64,000 bases of DNA from Squalus acanthias (taxonomy: Eukaryota). Position 1 is the stretch's first letter, and each line of letters starts with the position of its first letter. The notes under the pieces are model-generated. The model did not search any database. It was not told the DNA's origin and was given only the letters and a program-made list of their open reading frames with translations. Where the stretch lies: the NCBI GenBank assembly GCA_030390025.1, contig CM059432.1, forward strand, positions 90,708,001-90,772,000. Reading direction: 5' to 3'. The translations under genes and the position numbers were made by a program. Positions 1-13,149 of this stretch are shown here, in pieces.

Positions 1-1866
1 ACCTTGCTGACTAGGATGCTGCACCTGCTTAGACGCCTTTGGTGGGCGTCCTCTGGGTTTGGGAGCCTGGGAGGGCTCTTCAACAGTCTGCTCTTCCTGC
101 AGTTGTGCAGGGGCTGAAACGGCCATCTCAGTTGTCTCTGCAAAGTGGGTCTCTGACCGAGGGCTCCGCAGTGGCATGGTCGTGCGAGCTCTTTGAGAGG
201 AGCCCACACTTCTGTCCTACCAACAACATCCCTCTCATGGATCAACTGCACCTCAGTGCTGGCAAGTGGCAGGAGAGCACCTTGCTGCACTTCAGGGGGG
301 CCATGAGGATCCGTATCTGCACTGGCAGTCCTCCTCAAAAGAACGTCCATGGAGCTCTGGTCTCTCTGCTCAATAGCTGCCCATCGCTCCTCCAGAGATG
401 TCATTCTATTCTGAACAGTCACCCTGTTTTCCTGACTCTGGCGACCTATTTCCTCCATGGCCGTAGCCATCCTTTCCACTGAAGTAGCCATCCTTTCCAT
501 GGAGGTTGCCATCTTATCCATGGTGGTGCATTCATGCGCCATTGCCTCCACCACAGCAGTGCTGATGTTAGAGATGGACTCCTCCATTCTCTCCACACTC
601 GCACTAACCCTGGAGGCAAACCCTTCTAGAGACACTTGCACTTGATCCTGTATTTCACAAACTGCTCTTTTTCTGGATGGCCCCAGAGGCACAGCGTCTG
701 CATGCAGCTCAGCAGAGCTAGGAGTGTCCTGCGACCTCCGCAGAGGACTCTCCACTGCTGTCGCTGTCTCCACTATCTGCTGATGCTCACTAGTGCGCTG
801 TGATAGACCTGGTGGCAACACTACTCTAACTCGCGATGGCCCCACCGAGGTGTGTGTTGCTGCGCTGGTGCTGGGTGCGCTGAGTCCTGGTGACGCTGGT
901 CCCTCAAAGGCTTCAGGTTCTTCTGAGGAGATGTCCGGGTCTTCGTCATGGATCCTGGGGAGGGGGGGGGGGGGTGTCAATGGTTCTGTGGGAGAGTAAA
1001 GGCTTGAATTAGACATCTGATATTGATGTAGCAGACACGTCCTTTTGAGCAGATGATACAAAGCGATTCTCTATGAACATCATATTCCATTGCTTTCTTA
1101 GAGGGATGAAACTCTATTATGTCACCAGCTTCCTCCAGTGTGCCCGTCTCTCCATCGCCCACTTCCAGGTCCTCGCCACCTCCAACAATCTCGTTTGCTG
1201 CCTCCTCAGCACTGGTCAATGTTGCAAAGGTTGGTGTTCCTCCTCCAGTCATTGCTCTCCCTCTTATTGTGGGCTATCTTTTCCTGCAAGGAGGGACACA
1301 AGCGGTGTTTCAGCCACAGTGATGGAGTGAGTGTGAATAAGCCCTACTATAGAAGCTTTGAGGGAGACGAAGATGGGTAAGGTGCCAAGAGGAAGGTAGC
1401 TCCCTGTGTGTTGTTAGTTGTTGTCACTGCATGACAGTGAGAGCGAGTCTAAGGGGTGCATAGGCAGGATGCTGAAGTGATTCAGTACAGAGACAGAGAT
1501 GGATAGGAAAGGGTGCAAGAGAAGTAAGAGTAAGGTGGGATGTGAAGGAGGAGGCTTCCAAAGCAGAGTGCTGGTGATGAGAAGAGAAGGGAAGCAGAGT
1601 GAAGGCAAGTGAGATGGGATACTCACTTTTAATGTTCGCACAAGATCATTAAAACTTTTGCCGCACTGGATCCATGACCGTGCATAAATGGACCTTGCGC
1701 TCACCTCCTGAACAATGCGCAGCCAGGCTGCCTTGGTCTGCTGAGGAGGCTTCCTCTGGCCATCAGGAGGGAAGAGAATCTCCCTGCACTCTCTGACAGC
1801 ATCCACAAGAACATGGAGGGACTCATCATTAAAACGAGGAGCTGCCTTGCCTCTGGAAGAAGTCAT
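1..1866 (-). pseudogene. Harbinger Myb/SANT-like gene of H1 (exons 1866-1627, 1283-1126, 985 to window start)
   Basis: APRFNDESLHVLVDAV...AWLRIVQEV...RSWIQCGKSFNDL is a Myb_DNA-bind_5/NAIF1-type motif. GT-AG introns; exon 2 is 158 nt versus 160 nt in H2, so it is frameshifted. Confidence 0.8.
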
Positions 1867-2129
1867 AGCTTTTAAATCAAGTGCAGGAAACCACAATGGA
1901 AAGGCTCAGGCTAGATGGCAGCTTTAAAAGCAGCTGCTATTATGACGTCATCAAAGGCGGCCAGCCGACCCGATCCCACTCATTGGACCGGCCAGCGCGC
2001 CTCCATGAAATTAACAAGCTAGTTTAATAAAAATCGCAACTCTGCAGCTGTTCCCGCCGGAAGCGGCTCCCGAACCCGTCCACCACGCAACCCGACTCCA
2101 ACCCGCCTTGGGAATTAAAATCGAGCCCC
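1..2129. mobile_element. Harbinger transposon H1, right part only (Myb/SANT gene and terminal inverted repeat); continues upstream of the window
   Basis: Clearly homologous to 20900-22992. Ends in TIR ...AAAATCGAGCCCC followed by TAA. Confidence 0.85.
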
Positions 2130-2195
2130 TAAAGTCTGCCCTATTAAATGTAATTGATTCAGCGTGCAAGTTGATTACCCATTAAAATACTCATG

Positions 2196-2387
2196 GGGGT
2201 GAAATTTGTATTGGACAGTGGCACAAAACTGCCGATAGCGAATTGGCAGCCCATTTTACAATCCGCCGCATTTCCTTTTCCATTGACTTCAATCGGTTAC
2301 ATGGTAAAGAAAATCAGACAGAATATAAAACTGGCTGCCAATTCACTATCCCTTGTCTTGCACTATCGCCCAAGACCAATTTCACCC
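2196..2387. mobile_element. Short Harbinger-type MITE
   Basis: GGGGTGAAATT...AATTTCACCC terminal inverted repeats and an internally palindromic body. Confidence 0.55.
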
Positions 2388-2726
2388 AAAACTGCTTTCA
2401 AGAACACCTGTGACAATAATGAGTAACTTAAATAAGTCTTGAGTTTATGGATCATTCATTGACTAGATGAATAATTTTATCATATTGGTTATGAGCAGGC
2501 TTGTATCTGTAACTGATTTCATACAGTCATCATTCTACTAATTTTACAATTGAAATGTTTGTTAAAAATGTAAACAAGTATTTAATACCCATAGTCAGCT
2601 ATAATTTTATAATCAACCAGCATGTATTAATTCTCATGTTTGCAGAACTTTACTCAGAAATTAAATAAATTGGATAGAGCTTCGTTGGCTGAATGACCTT
2701 CTCTTGTTTTATCTTGTGGTTACCAG

Positions 2727-3011
2727 GAACTTGAAACGGTGAAAATTGTTTACAATGAAAAAATCAGTAGAGTTGGAGAATGTGAACAAATCATACTCGA
2801 TCTCAGAGCAGAGATAACAAAATCTGCTGATCAGCGAAAGAACTATGTACTTGAAGTGGAAAAACTTGAAAAAACTTTGCAAACCCTTCAATTGAATGTA
2901 GCAGCCTCCCAACATAAGCACAAGCTAGAGCTTGTACAACTGCAGCAGCAGATTACCCAACTTGAAAGTGACCTTACAGATTCCCAGAAATCTTGTAATC
3001 AAAAGGATCAG
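2727..3011 (+). CDS. Host gene coding exon A (long coiled-coil protein; identity uncertain, PMFBP1/CCDC-like)
   Basis: Pyrimidine tract and acceptor TACCAG|GAA at 2726/2727; donor CAG|GTTTGT at 3011/3012. 285 nt, phase 0-0. Encodes ELETVKIVYNEKISRVGECEQIILDLRAEI...QKSCNQKDQ, which is heptad-like and E/K/Q/L-rich. Confidence 0.88.
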
Positions 3012-3054
3012 GTTTGTTGCATGTTTGATAATGAAAATTGTTAAGATGCTCAAC

Positions 3055-3187
3055 GGAAACTTCCTCGTGGATTTTCCCGATCGTCACTGTAACTTCGGTG
3101 AAAGAATAGCACGTGGTTTATCCAAGCCTTCTGCTGATCTGCTGAAGTTACGGTGGCTGATCGGGAGAACCTTCAAGGAAATTCCCA
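3055..3187. repeat. Fold-back (hairpin) mini-MITE just downstream of the exon A donor
   Basis: Arms GGAAACTTCCTCGTGGATTTTCCCGATCGTCACTGTAACTTCGG and CTGAAGTTACGGTGGCTGATCGGGAGAACCTTCAAGGAAATTCCC are imperfect reverse complements. Confidence 0.65.
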
Positions 3188-3790
3188 GTGGCTATGATTT
3201 TTTTAAGACTCGGGCAAAGAAAAGAAAATAATATAATTTGATAAGAAAAATAACTTTGCTGCCTTTAAAACAGTTATGATTAATTAGGATGATCTACAAT
3301 TGGATAATCAGGCCAATTTAGCCACTGCATCAGATCAAAATATACTAGCATTTCGTTTTTCAGAGGTGTTTCAGGACATCATTTTATCAGTTACTCAAAC
3401 TGTGGCCCCTTAACCATATTGGTTATTTTTTTAAGATTATTAAAACCTGAAACTTTGGCAAATATCGCGTTGAAATTGTGATCTATTTGAAATTATAGTG
3501 AAAATCCAACTCAGCAATTACTGTATGACTTACTCTGGAAAGATTGAACCTACTTCCTGATTTAGTTTTGTTGGGAAGTAGGTTATGTTTAGCAGAATTC
3601 AAGATTATTTGTGGTGTTTACCACAAAAGATGTTTATTTTCAAGTTTGTGTCTTCCTTTCCTGATGGCAGTGATTAATGCTGTGTTACAGTTCCATGGGC
3701 AATGGCAGATTTATGATACCATACCCAAAAGGATAATTTAAACATGATCCTAGACAATAACAGTGAAGTGGGAACCCTGGCAGACTTTAA

Positions 3791-4053
3791 GGGCTGGATT
3801 TTGATACTGGGGCGGGTTGGGGTCGTGTCATCCGCATTTCGTGTTATCCACCCGACTGCAATTGGATGTGGGAGATTGATGCAATTTTCACTTAATTGGG
3901 CAATTGAGTTCCAGCATGTGGGAACCCATGAACCAATTAGTGTTTTCAGTCTGAAAGTTGCCTCTGATGATGTTATCATTGCTGCTGCATTGCAGGTCAG
4001 AGACTGCCTGGCTTTTGCTGTGAGAGGACCTGGATGCAAAATGAGCAGCTCTA

Positions 4054-4090
<37 letters not shown>

Positions 4091-4470
4091 GTTTTGCTCC
4101 ACCACTCCCAGATGCCCAGCCAGCCACTCACTGATAGTCAGCGCAGCCACTGATAGTCAGCTATCCAAATGTGCTCCCGCCAGGTTTCACAGTCGTGTTT
4201 CAGAACAGGCGTGCTTCACGTAGAACAAGGGTTAAAATCACAAAGGCCTTTCAAAATGGCATTATAGAGCCAATTTAGTGATTGTTAAGGGCCTTAACAG
4301 TCTATCCCGTCTCTTAAAGGCGGGATGCAGGCGAGACGAGCAGACACGATTTCATCAAAATTGCGTGGAGGCGGGATGGAGGCGGACTTGTGCCCGCCCG
4401 CCACTTTTCGCAATTTTAACCCCCCACACGCCTCCAAACCCGCCTCCACGGGTCAATGAAAATCCAGCCC
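3791..4470. mobile_element. Harbinger/Tourist-type MITE with (GA)n microsatellite
   Basis: Perfect TIR GGGCTGGATTTT/AAAATCCAGCCC with TAA duplicated on both sides (3788-3790, 4471-4473). A related copy in the opposite orientation starts near 63549. Confidence 0.9.
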
Positions 4471-4599
4471 TAAATGTAGTTTATTTTTGTGATCCACAAA
4501 ATATAACTGCCCAAATGTGAAGTTATTAGATATTCTTCTTGTTTATCTTAAACTAAGGAATTGGGAAAAGCCATCTGGTTCACAAACCTACCCATCACC

Positions 4600-5900
4600 A
4601 AGACCTCTTATTTCCATTTACGCAATATTGCTTACCTCCGCCCTTATCTTGGCCGCTGAAACGCTCATCCGTGCTTTTGTCATCTCTAAACTCAATGTGG
4701 AAGAATTTCGAATTGCACCCAAAGCGGGCGCAAAATTGGGGGTTTGTCTACTCCACACGGCTGTCTGTGCTAGCCAGACGCCCAAGCCAAATTCGGCTTC
4801 AGGCCTCATTTAAATGCTGCCAGTGAGCCGCGGGCTCCAAATGGGTGTCCATCTACAGCTCACCGGTCGAGGAGGGCGGGAAGTTGGCTGTCTCTCACAT
4901 AGAACCTGGGGGAGATGACCTGGGTGGAGGGAGCCCTCGAACGCAGCAGGACGGAAGTTTTTATTTTCTGTGTTTAGGAGAAGCACTCCTGCTACTCCTG
5001 GGTCCACAAAAGTGAAAACTGAAAATTTCTTGGGCCTTTTATTGAGCTGCCTCCAGCAGTTCTTCTAAGAACCGCTGAGTAGGCCACTCAAGACCTGGTA
5101 TAAGTAGGCGGAGAATGTGTGTTGCTAGCTCCGCCCATTTATACCTGAATTTCACATTGTGGGTGCTACAATCAGAGTATGTGAATATTTAAGGAGCCTG
5201 TTTCAGGTGGACGCCCAGCATGACTATAAGTCACCCGAACCAATATGGCATCCACCACACTTCTGGTCCAGATTCGGCACGACAGAATGCGGCGTGAAAT
5301 TCAGCAACCTATTCCCATTTTATGGGCACAAAACCGGTGGCCGGAAGTTGAATTTCTCCCCCAAATTATTCCAGTGCCCTCCTTGTTGATTTCCATCCTC
5401 CACCCTCTATATACTCCAATTTGTATAAACCTCAGCCACCTCTATCCTGTCCTGCATTGCCTGCGCGCCCATCATCCCCATCTTTGCTGACTTACATTGG
5501 CTTCCTGTTCTCCAATGGATTAAATTCAAAATTTTCATACTTGTCTTCAAATCTTGGCTTGGCTTCACCCCACTCTATCTCTGAAACCTTCTCCAGCTTT
5601 ATATACCTTCTCGCATCCTTTGGTTTTCTGACTCTGACCTTTGGCACATCCCCCCACCCCCTTTGCCCACTGTTGGAGGGAAACCATTCAGCTGCTTTAG
5701 GTCTACTATATGAAAATCCTTTCCTAAACCCTTTGCCCTCTCTAAGTGCCTCTTCACCGTCAAAATCTTTTTTTTTCATCCATCCTTTTGACCAAGCTTT
5801 TAGTCACCCCTACTAATCTCTCCATGTGTAGCTTGGTGTCCTATTCCTTTTCTATTTCTAGTTGTGAAGTGGCTTGGGATGCTTTTTTACATTATATGCA
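4600..5900 (+). mobile_element. Decayed L2 LINE 3' fragment interrupted by a MITE (about 4697-5362)
   Basis: AAETLIRAFVISKL matches L2 ORF2 at 29320. L2 3' UTR-like sequence follows 5363. The insert has GGAAGAATTTC/GAATTTCTCC ends. Confidence 0.6.
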
Positions 5901-6120
5901 TGGTTGTTGGTGATGGGGATACGTGCACTTCTCTGTATTTGAAAAGTCATGGAGATTTAGAATCTTTTCTGGATGGGACTGTAAACATGATCCTTTCTTT
6001 TTTATTATCATCCCTGAACTTAATGAACATCAAGAATGATGAAGCAAAATAAAAACTGAGTTGTGCAGAAAGAACGGAGAAACTTGTTTTTTTCATCCTT
6101 GAAGGGAGGTGACTGAGAGA

Positions 6121-7712
6121 ACATAAGAACATAAGAAGTAGGAGTCGGCCACTTGGCCCCTCGAGCCTGCTCCGTCATTTAATGAGATCATGGCTGATCT
6201 GATCTTGGGCTCAGCTCCATTTCCCTGCCCGCTCCCCATAACCCTTCACTCCCTTATTGTTCAAAAATCTGTCAATCTCCACCTTAAATATATTCAATGA
6301 CCCAGCCTCCACAGCTCTCTGGGGCAGAGAATTCCATAGATTTACGATCCTCTGAGAGAAGAAATTCCTCCTCATCTCAGTTTTAAATGGGCGACCCCTT
6401 ATTCTGAAACTATGCCGCCTAGTTCTAGATTCCCCCATGAGGGGAAACATCTTCTCTGCATCTACCTTGTCGAACCCCCTCAGTATCTTACATGTTTCAA
6501 TAAGATCACCTCTCATTCTTCTAAACTCCAATGAGTATAGGCCCAACCTGCTCAACCTTTCTTCATAAGTCAACCCCTTCATCTCAGGAATCAACCTCGT
6601 GAACCTTCTCTGAACTGCCTCCAATGCAAGTATATCCCTCCTTAAATAAGGAGACCAAAACTGTACGCAGTACTCCAGGTGTGGTCTCACCAATACCCTG
6701 TACAGTTGTAGCAGGACTTCCCTGCTTTTATACTCCAACTCCCTTGCAATAAAGGCCAACATTCATTTGCCTTCCTGATTACTTGCTGTGCCTGCATGCT
6801 AACTTTTTGTGTTTCATGCACAAGGACCCCAGGTCCCTCTGTACTGCAGCATTTTGTAATCTCTCTCCATTAAATAATAACCTCACACTTTCCCACATTA
6901 TACTCCATCTGACAAATGTTTGCCCACTCACTTAGCCTGTCTATATCCCTTTGCAGCTTCTTTGTGTCCTCTTCACAACTTGCTTTCCCACCTATGTTTG
7001 TATCATCAGCAAATTTGGCTACATTACACTCGGTCCCTTCATCCATGTCATTAATATAGATTCTAAATAGTTGATGCCCCAGCACTGATCCCTGTGGCAC
7101 CCCACTAGTTACCGTTTGCCAATCGGAAAATGACCCATTTATCCCGACTCTCTGTTTTCTGTAAGTTAGCCAATCCTCTATCCATGCTAATATATTACCC
7201 TCAACCCCGTGAGCTCTTATCTTGTGCAGTAACCTTTTATGTGGCACCTTATCGAATGCCTTCTGGAAATCCAAATATACCACATCCACTGGTTCCCCTT
7301 TATCCACCCTGCTCATTACATCCTCAAAGAACTCCGGCAAATTTGTCAAACATGATTTCCCTTTCATAAAACCATGCTGACTCTGCTTGACTGTATTATG
7401 ATTTTTCTAAATGTCCTGCTACTGCTTCCTTAATAATGGACTCCAGCATTTTCCCAATGACAGATGTTAGGCTAACTGGTCTATAGTTTCTTGCTTTCTG
7501 TCTCCCTCCCTTCTTAAATAGGGGCGTTACATTGCGGTTTTCCAATCCGCTGGGACCTCTCCAGAATCCAGGGAATTTTGGTAGATTGCAACCAATGCAT
7601 CCACTATCTCTGCAGCCACTTCTTTTAAGACCCTAGGATGCAGGCCATCAGGTCCAGGGGACTTGTCCACCTTTAGTCCCATTATTTTACCGAGTACTTT
7701 TTCTTTAGTGAG
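6121..7712 (-). mobile_element. CR1 LINE (shark HER1-like), 5'-truncated, RT C-terminal half with frameshifts
   Basis: ORFs 6870-7367 (YLDFQKAFDKVPH, GVPQGSVLG, KFADDT) and 6211-6762 (LVRPHLEYCVQFWSP). (TTCTTATG)n-like 3' tail. Confidence 0.95.
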
Positions 7713-7914
7713 GTAACCTTATAGAGGTATAGAAGACAGTAAACTGTGTTGAAAAGATAGATCTGGAACAGTGCTTCTAAGTAAATTGTGAGCGTAGAAT
7801 TAGGGGACACAGGTTCAAAGTAGTAAAAGGCAAATTTAGGACTGATGTCATTAAACTCTTCACACAAAGAGTGGTCAACACATGGAACACATTTCTTAGG
7901 TAATGTAGTCATGC

Positions 7915-8642
7915 ATTGAGCAGTGTGTGAGGCTAGTGTGCAGTTGGTAGAAGACGGCTTTTGAAGATGCATTCACTGACTTTGACCACTGGGCTGAGGT
8001 CATGAAGCTTCTTTGGGCAGTCGTGGAGGTAACACTGCTGGCAGTAACAGCCTCGGTGATCTAGTCCCACATCCTTCTTTCTGCAGGGCCTCCTGGCCCC
8101 TGTGGGTAGAGGACCTCTCTTGCAGTGTTGACCCCCTGCACAAAGCTGGAGTGTTGCGTGTGGGACCCTGGGTGGCCCTTCCCTGGCTTGCTGAGCCATT
8201 TGTGTTAGTGCTGAAGCACTTTTCCCATTTTGTTTAGGTGCGGAAGACAATTCAGCTTTAAAAGCTGAAGACTCCCATTTGGGAATTCTTTTTAACGTTA
8301 ATTTTTTTTCAGAAGGCAGTTGAGCTGTAAGGGCTACAAACTGCCTATTTTTAAATGATTTTATTTTTTTCAATTTAGAAGGCAGTCCCCCTTTAAAATG
8401 ACAGCCTTGCTTTAAGAGAAAGCTGTTCTAGCTGCAATGACGCTATGGCCACGCTACATTGGGCCTCCTGGCATGACTACCACCACAAAAACGGCCTTGC
8501 ATGCTAAGTTTAGCGCTGGGCTAATGTTAATTAGCAACCAGTGCCAATATCCCCGTCCTGCCAGCGTCATCATTTTTGGCGGCTGCTAACTCCGGCCTGC
8601 GGTGGCACCGGCAGGTTTTTCGCGGTCTCGAATTTCTAGGCC
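7915..8642. mobile_element. Decayed Harbinger end (Myb/SANT exon 1 remnant on - strand plus TIR)
   Basis: CPKKLHDLSPVVKVSECIFK matches H3 CRKKFNDLTRVIKVSECIFK. Ends in GAATTTCTAGGCC. Confidence 0.6.
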
Positions 8643-8894
8643 TTTCTCTCGAGTACATTCTCAGGAGTTGGAAGATGCAACAATGGGGAGTTACATTGCC
8701 ACCACTGGCATGAGGGTGAAATTACAACACAACAAGTTTACATAGATAATATCCATTATAAATATGGACAAAGGAATTCAATACGAGTTTAACCAAAATA
8801 TTTTAAATGAAACAATTATATACTTCACAATAGCATTTCCAATAAATTATCTTTTGTGTCTTTTTAATGCCTTCTTTAAAGTTTTTACTTGAAA

Positions 8895-10010
8895 GGGACA
8901 TAGGAACATGAGTAGGCCATTTAGCCCCTCGAGCCTGTTCCACCATTCAGTTAGATCATGGGTGATCTGTACCTTAACACCATTTACCCATCTTTGTTCT
9001 ATCGTCCTTGATATCCTTACTGATCAAAAATCTATTGTCTCGGTTTTCAAAATTTCAATTAACATCATTTACAGCCTTTTGGGAAACAGAGTTCAAGAAT
9101 TCCACTACCCTCTGTGTGGAAAAAGTGCTTCCTGATTTCACTCCTTAATGGCCTAGCTCTAATTTTAAGAATATGCCCCCTTGTTCTGGATTGCCCCACC
9201 AGAGGAAATACTTTCTCTGTATCTATTCTGTTGAATTATTTTATAATTTTAAACATGTTGATTAGCCCTCAATTCTCAACCTTCTAAACTCAAGTTTATG
9301 CAACCTGCCCTCATAATTTAACCCTTTCAGCCCTGGTATCATTCTGATGAATCTACGTTGTACCCCTTCCAAGGCTAATATATCTTTCCTCAGGTTCGGT
9401 GCCCAAAACTGAATGCAGTGTTCCAGAGGGGCTCTGACTGAGGCTCTGTACAACTGAAGCATTACTTCTTCCCCCTTGAGATAAAGACCAACATTCTGTT
9501 AGTCTTTTTGATTACTTTCTGTACCTATGCACTAGCTTTTGGTGATTTCGTATGTGAACACCCAAATCCCTTTGTTCCTCCCCAGCTCCTAGTCTCTCAC
9601 CATTCAGAAATATTACGATTTGCCTTTTTTAGATCCAGAGTGGATGATCTCACATTTCCCCACATTGAGCGCCATCTGCCATAGTTTTGCCCATTCACTT
9701 TGTCTATGTCCGTTTGTAACTTCCTGCTCCCATCTATGGACTTCCAACTTAGTCATCCACAATGTTGAACAAACAACTCTCTAGTCCTTCATCCAAGTCA
9801 TTTAAATATATGGTGAAAAGCTGAGGTCTCAGTTCAGATCCCTGAGGAAGACAACTCGTCACATTCCGCCAATCAGCGAATGTTCCCTTTATTGTAATTC
9901 TCTGTCTTCTACCTCCCAACAAATTACCGACCATTTGCAAACTGGCACCACTTTGGGGACAGGCACATCTGTGTGCTCATATATTTGCGAATTAACTCTT
10001 GTGCGGAACC
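8895..10010 (-). mobile_element. Old degenerate CR1 LINE fragment
   Basis: ORFs 9262-9462 and 9749-9940 retain CR1 RT motifs (LPQGSELRPQLFTIYLNDLDEG). Confidence 0.85.
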
Positions 10011-11674
10011 TTATGGTCTGACTCAGCCACTGACAAAATTCTGGGCTTGGACTTCATATTTTTGCTCAGATGTTTGACTTGGTGACCTGCATGATGGGAA
10101 GCAAAAGACCTCCCTGACAGAAGCTGCTGAAAGGCAGCCTACAGAATCCTTTCTTAGTTACCCAGCTGAGAAAAGGTTTTTCTAATTGCTTCAAGTAAAG
10201 CTGATATTTCAGACAAAGGTTGTGGACATTCAAAGCATGTAAACTTAACCACTTCTCATTTTGTGAAGTCATGTAAGTAACTCATCCATCTTTTCTACAG
10301 GCTTATTCTGCTGTAAATGTTGGAATTTCTGGGACAGCAGCTTTGGCCCTCATTGTTCTGTCATTTGCAAACAGGCATCACTTTGGGGACAGGCACATCT
10401 GCTGCCAGCAAACAATTGTACTGAAATGGGTGCAACTTTGGCATATCTGATTTATGCTCCAAATTTTTGTCCCCAAGCAGCAATAAACCACTTCTAAAAC
10501 AAAAAACTCTGAATTTCGGGCGTTGTGTGTGTCTGTGCCTCTCTCCGCCCCGACCCCCTCAAACTGCTGTTAGTAATTTGAATATTTACATTTCCTGTCA
10601 ACAAAATACAGACAATAATTAGATACTGTTCTGTCAACATAACACGAGTGATAATAAGGAAGTATTATAGGCATTTTGCTTCAAAATTGAACTAATTTGT
10701 TTGTTTGAAAATTAATTCAAATTAAGACACTGGAGGTAAAATTCAACTTTGGCAAGGGTGTGATATGACACCGCAATTTTGTGCCCCGGCTAAAATTGAA
10801 TTTAACTCCCACTGTATGTTCTCTGAAGATTGCAGAATGTGAAACAAAAGCTACAATAATTATGTAATGAGAGGTTTGTCTTTTTTCGCTTTTTCTCCTT
10901 CCCCCACATACACACATACCTTCTGATTATTTTCTCTGAGCAGTTTATTTTTTAAAGATTTTGAAAATTAGCTTTTTTTACAGTAATTTTGGAAAAAAAA
11001 CTGAGCTAAATCCACAGTACTGATGCATCCGCAGAAGTTAGGTACACTGTGTGTCTTCCCACTGCACAATCTGCATTCAACTAACAGTGTTACTGCTGTG
11101 GGTAAAGTATCAAGTCCCAGCCAAGACTTTGGGGAAAGGGTGAGGCCTTCAATTAAATAAAATTATGAAGGCATTAAAATACACACAAGTCAATTCAGTG
11201 GATATATTTCAATATTTTACCCTGAAATATGTGATCTTTTGAAAATCTTTTTATTTTGTTTAACTCCTTATTTTTGGACATTTTTGTTACTGAGGAAAAA
11301 AGATTTATAAGGGAGAGATTATGTAATGCAAAATTATATAATTGCAGGGTGACGTGTTTGCATCGACACATTCCATTATAATTGTGGATATTAGAATTTA
11401 TAATGGTAACGGTGTACGCAGATGTAAGATTTTAAATATATTATACTGGTCGATCTCCCATGGTGTTGCACAGAATAAGTCAGAGAATATGACACTCACT
11501 TGGCTCTATCTTTGTGTTATTGTTTCTTTCTGTCTCTCCTCTTCTGCTTCTGTCTCTTGCTTTTCTTCTGCTTCCTTTTCCATAACTCTTTTGCTTCTCG
11601 GTCCTCTTTTGCTTCTTTCTCTCTTCTTTCCTTTCAAGTCAGAAGTATGATATGGTAAGGGAAGGTTAGAAAAA

Positions 11675-12090
11675 AAAGAAATTGCATAGATATAGCGTTT
11701 TTCATGACCTCGGGATGTTCCAAAGCAATTCACAACCAATTAAGTACTTTTGAAATGTTGTCACTGTTGTAATGTAGGCAAACACGCTAGCCAATTTGCA
11801 CACAGCAAATTCCCACAAATAGCAATAAGGTAAATGACCTATAAACTGTTTTAGTGATGTTGGTTGAGTGATGCACGTTGATCAAGACACTGGGGGAACG
11901 CCCCTGCTCTTCATGGAATCTTTTACATCTACCTGAGAGGGCAGATGGGTTCTTGGTTTAACATCACATCTGAAAGACAGCACCACCAACAGTGTAACAC
12001 TCCCTCAGTACTGCACTAAAGTTTCAACCTGGATAATTTGATCAAGTTTCTGGAGTGGACCTAGACCCACAACCTTCAGACTCTGAGGGG
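11675..12090 (-). mobile_element. DeuSINE (SacSINE1-like) copy
   Basis: Homologous to 28029-28492, with a Deu-domain-like core and an L2-like 3' tail. Confidence 0.7.
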
Positions 12091-12379
12091 ACCCATCACC
12101 TTCCCATTATCAGTATCCTATCTCTTTGATAATACCCACAGAGTGCCTGCATTCTCCTCTCCCCTTGCTGAACTGTCACTCACCTCAGTCTTAACCCTTC
12201 GTTAACTCCCACCACTCCCACTCACTTCCACAAGGATGGGTAGCAAGAGGCCAGAAGCCCCCTCACCCTCAACCAGTTTCCCTCCTCCTTCTCCCCATTG
12301 TCTGCTCCCGTTTCCCTCAAAAATGCATATTTGCTTTCAAAATTCTACTTGTTTGTCTTTTAAACAAAACAAACTAGAA

Positions 12380-12900
12380 CGAGGAAAGAACCTGTCCCAC
12401 CTGTCTTTCCCTGTCTCTCTCTCTCTCTCTCTCATTCTCCCTCTCTCTGTCTCTTTCTTCCTTCTGGCTCTCTCAATCCCCCTCTCAACTATCCTGTTCT
12501 CTATTAACCCCTTTCTCTACCACACCTCTGTTACAACCTGTCTCTCTTTTTCTCTGTCAACCCTACTTTCTCAACTACCCGCTCCTAATTAACTCCTCTC
12601 TTTACCACTTTTCTTTCTGTCTCTCAACCTACCCCCTCTTCCCTCTCAGCTGACCTTTCACAACCCATCTCTCGCTCTTTCTCTACCACATCTTTATGCA
12701 CCCCTTCTCTCTCTCCCTCTCCACTCCGTCTCGCCGACCCTCGTTTCCTCCCTCTACCACCCTGCTCTCTGTCTCTGTTATCGATAACTCCCTCCCTCTA
12801 CCATTACTCTCTTTCACCCCTCTTCTCTCTCACTCCTCTCTCTTTCAACCCTTTGTCTCTATTTTTTCTCCCCTCCCCTCCTACCCTTTCTGTTGTTCCT
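12380..12900. repeat. CT-rich low-complexity (polypyrimidine) tract
   Basis: Degenerate (CT)n runs over about 500 bp. Confidence 0.8.
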
Positions 12901-13149
12901 TCAAAGATGCTTTATTTGCTCTTAAAATCCAACTTTTATATAAATAAATCAAATTAGAATGAGAAAAGAAACTGACAGCATTTTCTCTCCATTTCTGTCT
13001 TTCTGTCTCATAGGTATTAGAAATTAAAATCTCTCTCAGGTGTAAACAATTAGCATTGATCTTTTCTGACTGCCAACAAAGTGCAGGTGAGAAAATCAAT
13101 TGGCTTAATAATTCAACTGGTTCTTCTTGAAAATCGAACGGTAACATGA

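Noticed and set aside
9945..10401. Repeated 23-bp sequence CACTTTGGGGACAGGCACATCTG (about 9949 and 10379)
   Set aside because: Only two copies in decayed repeat sequence, with no further structure visible.
11506..11739. K/E/R-rich minus-strand ORF as a possible exon
   Set aside because: It is the translation of a CT-rich low-complexity tract next to a SINE tail, with no supporting splice or phase evidence.
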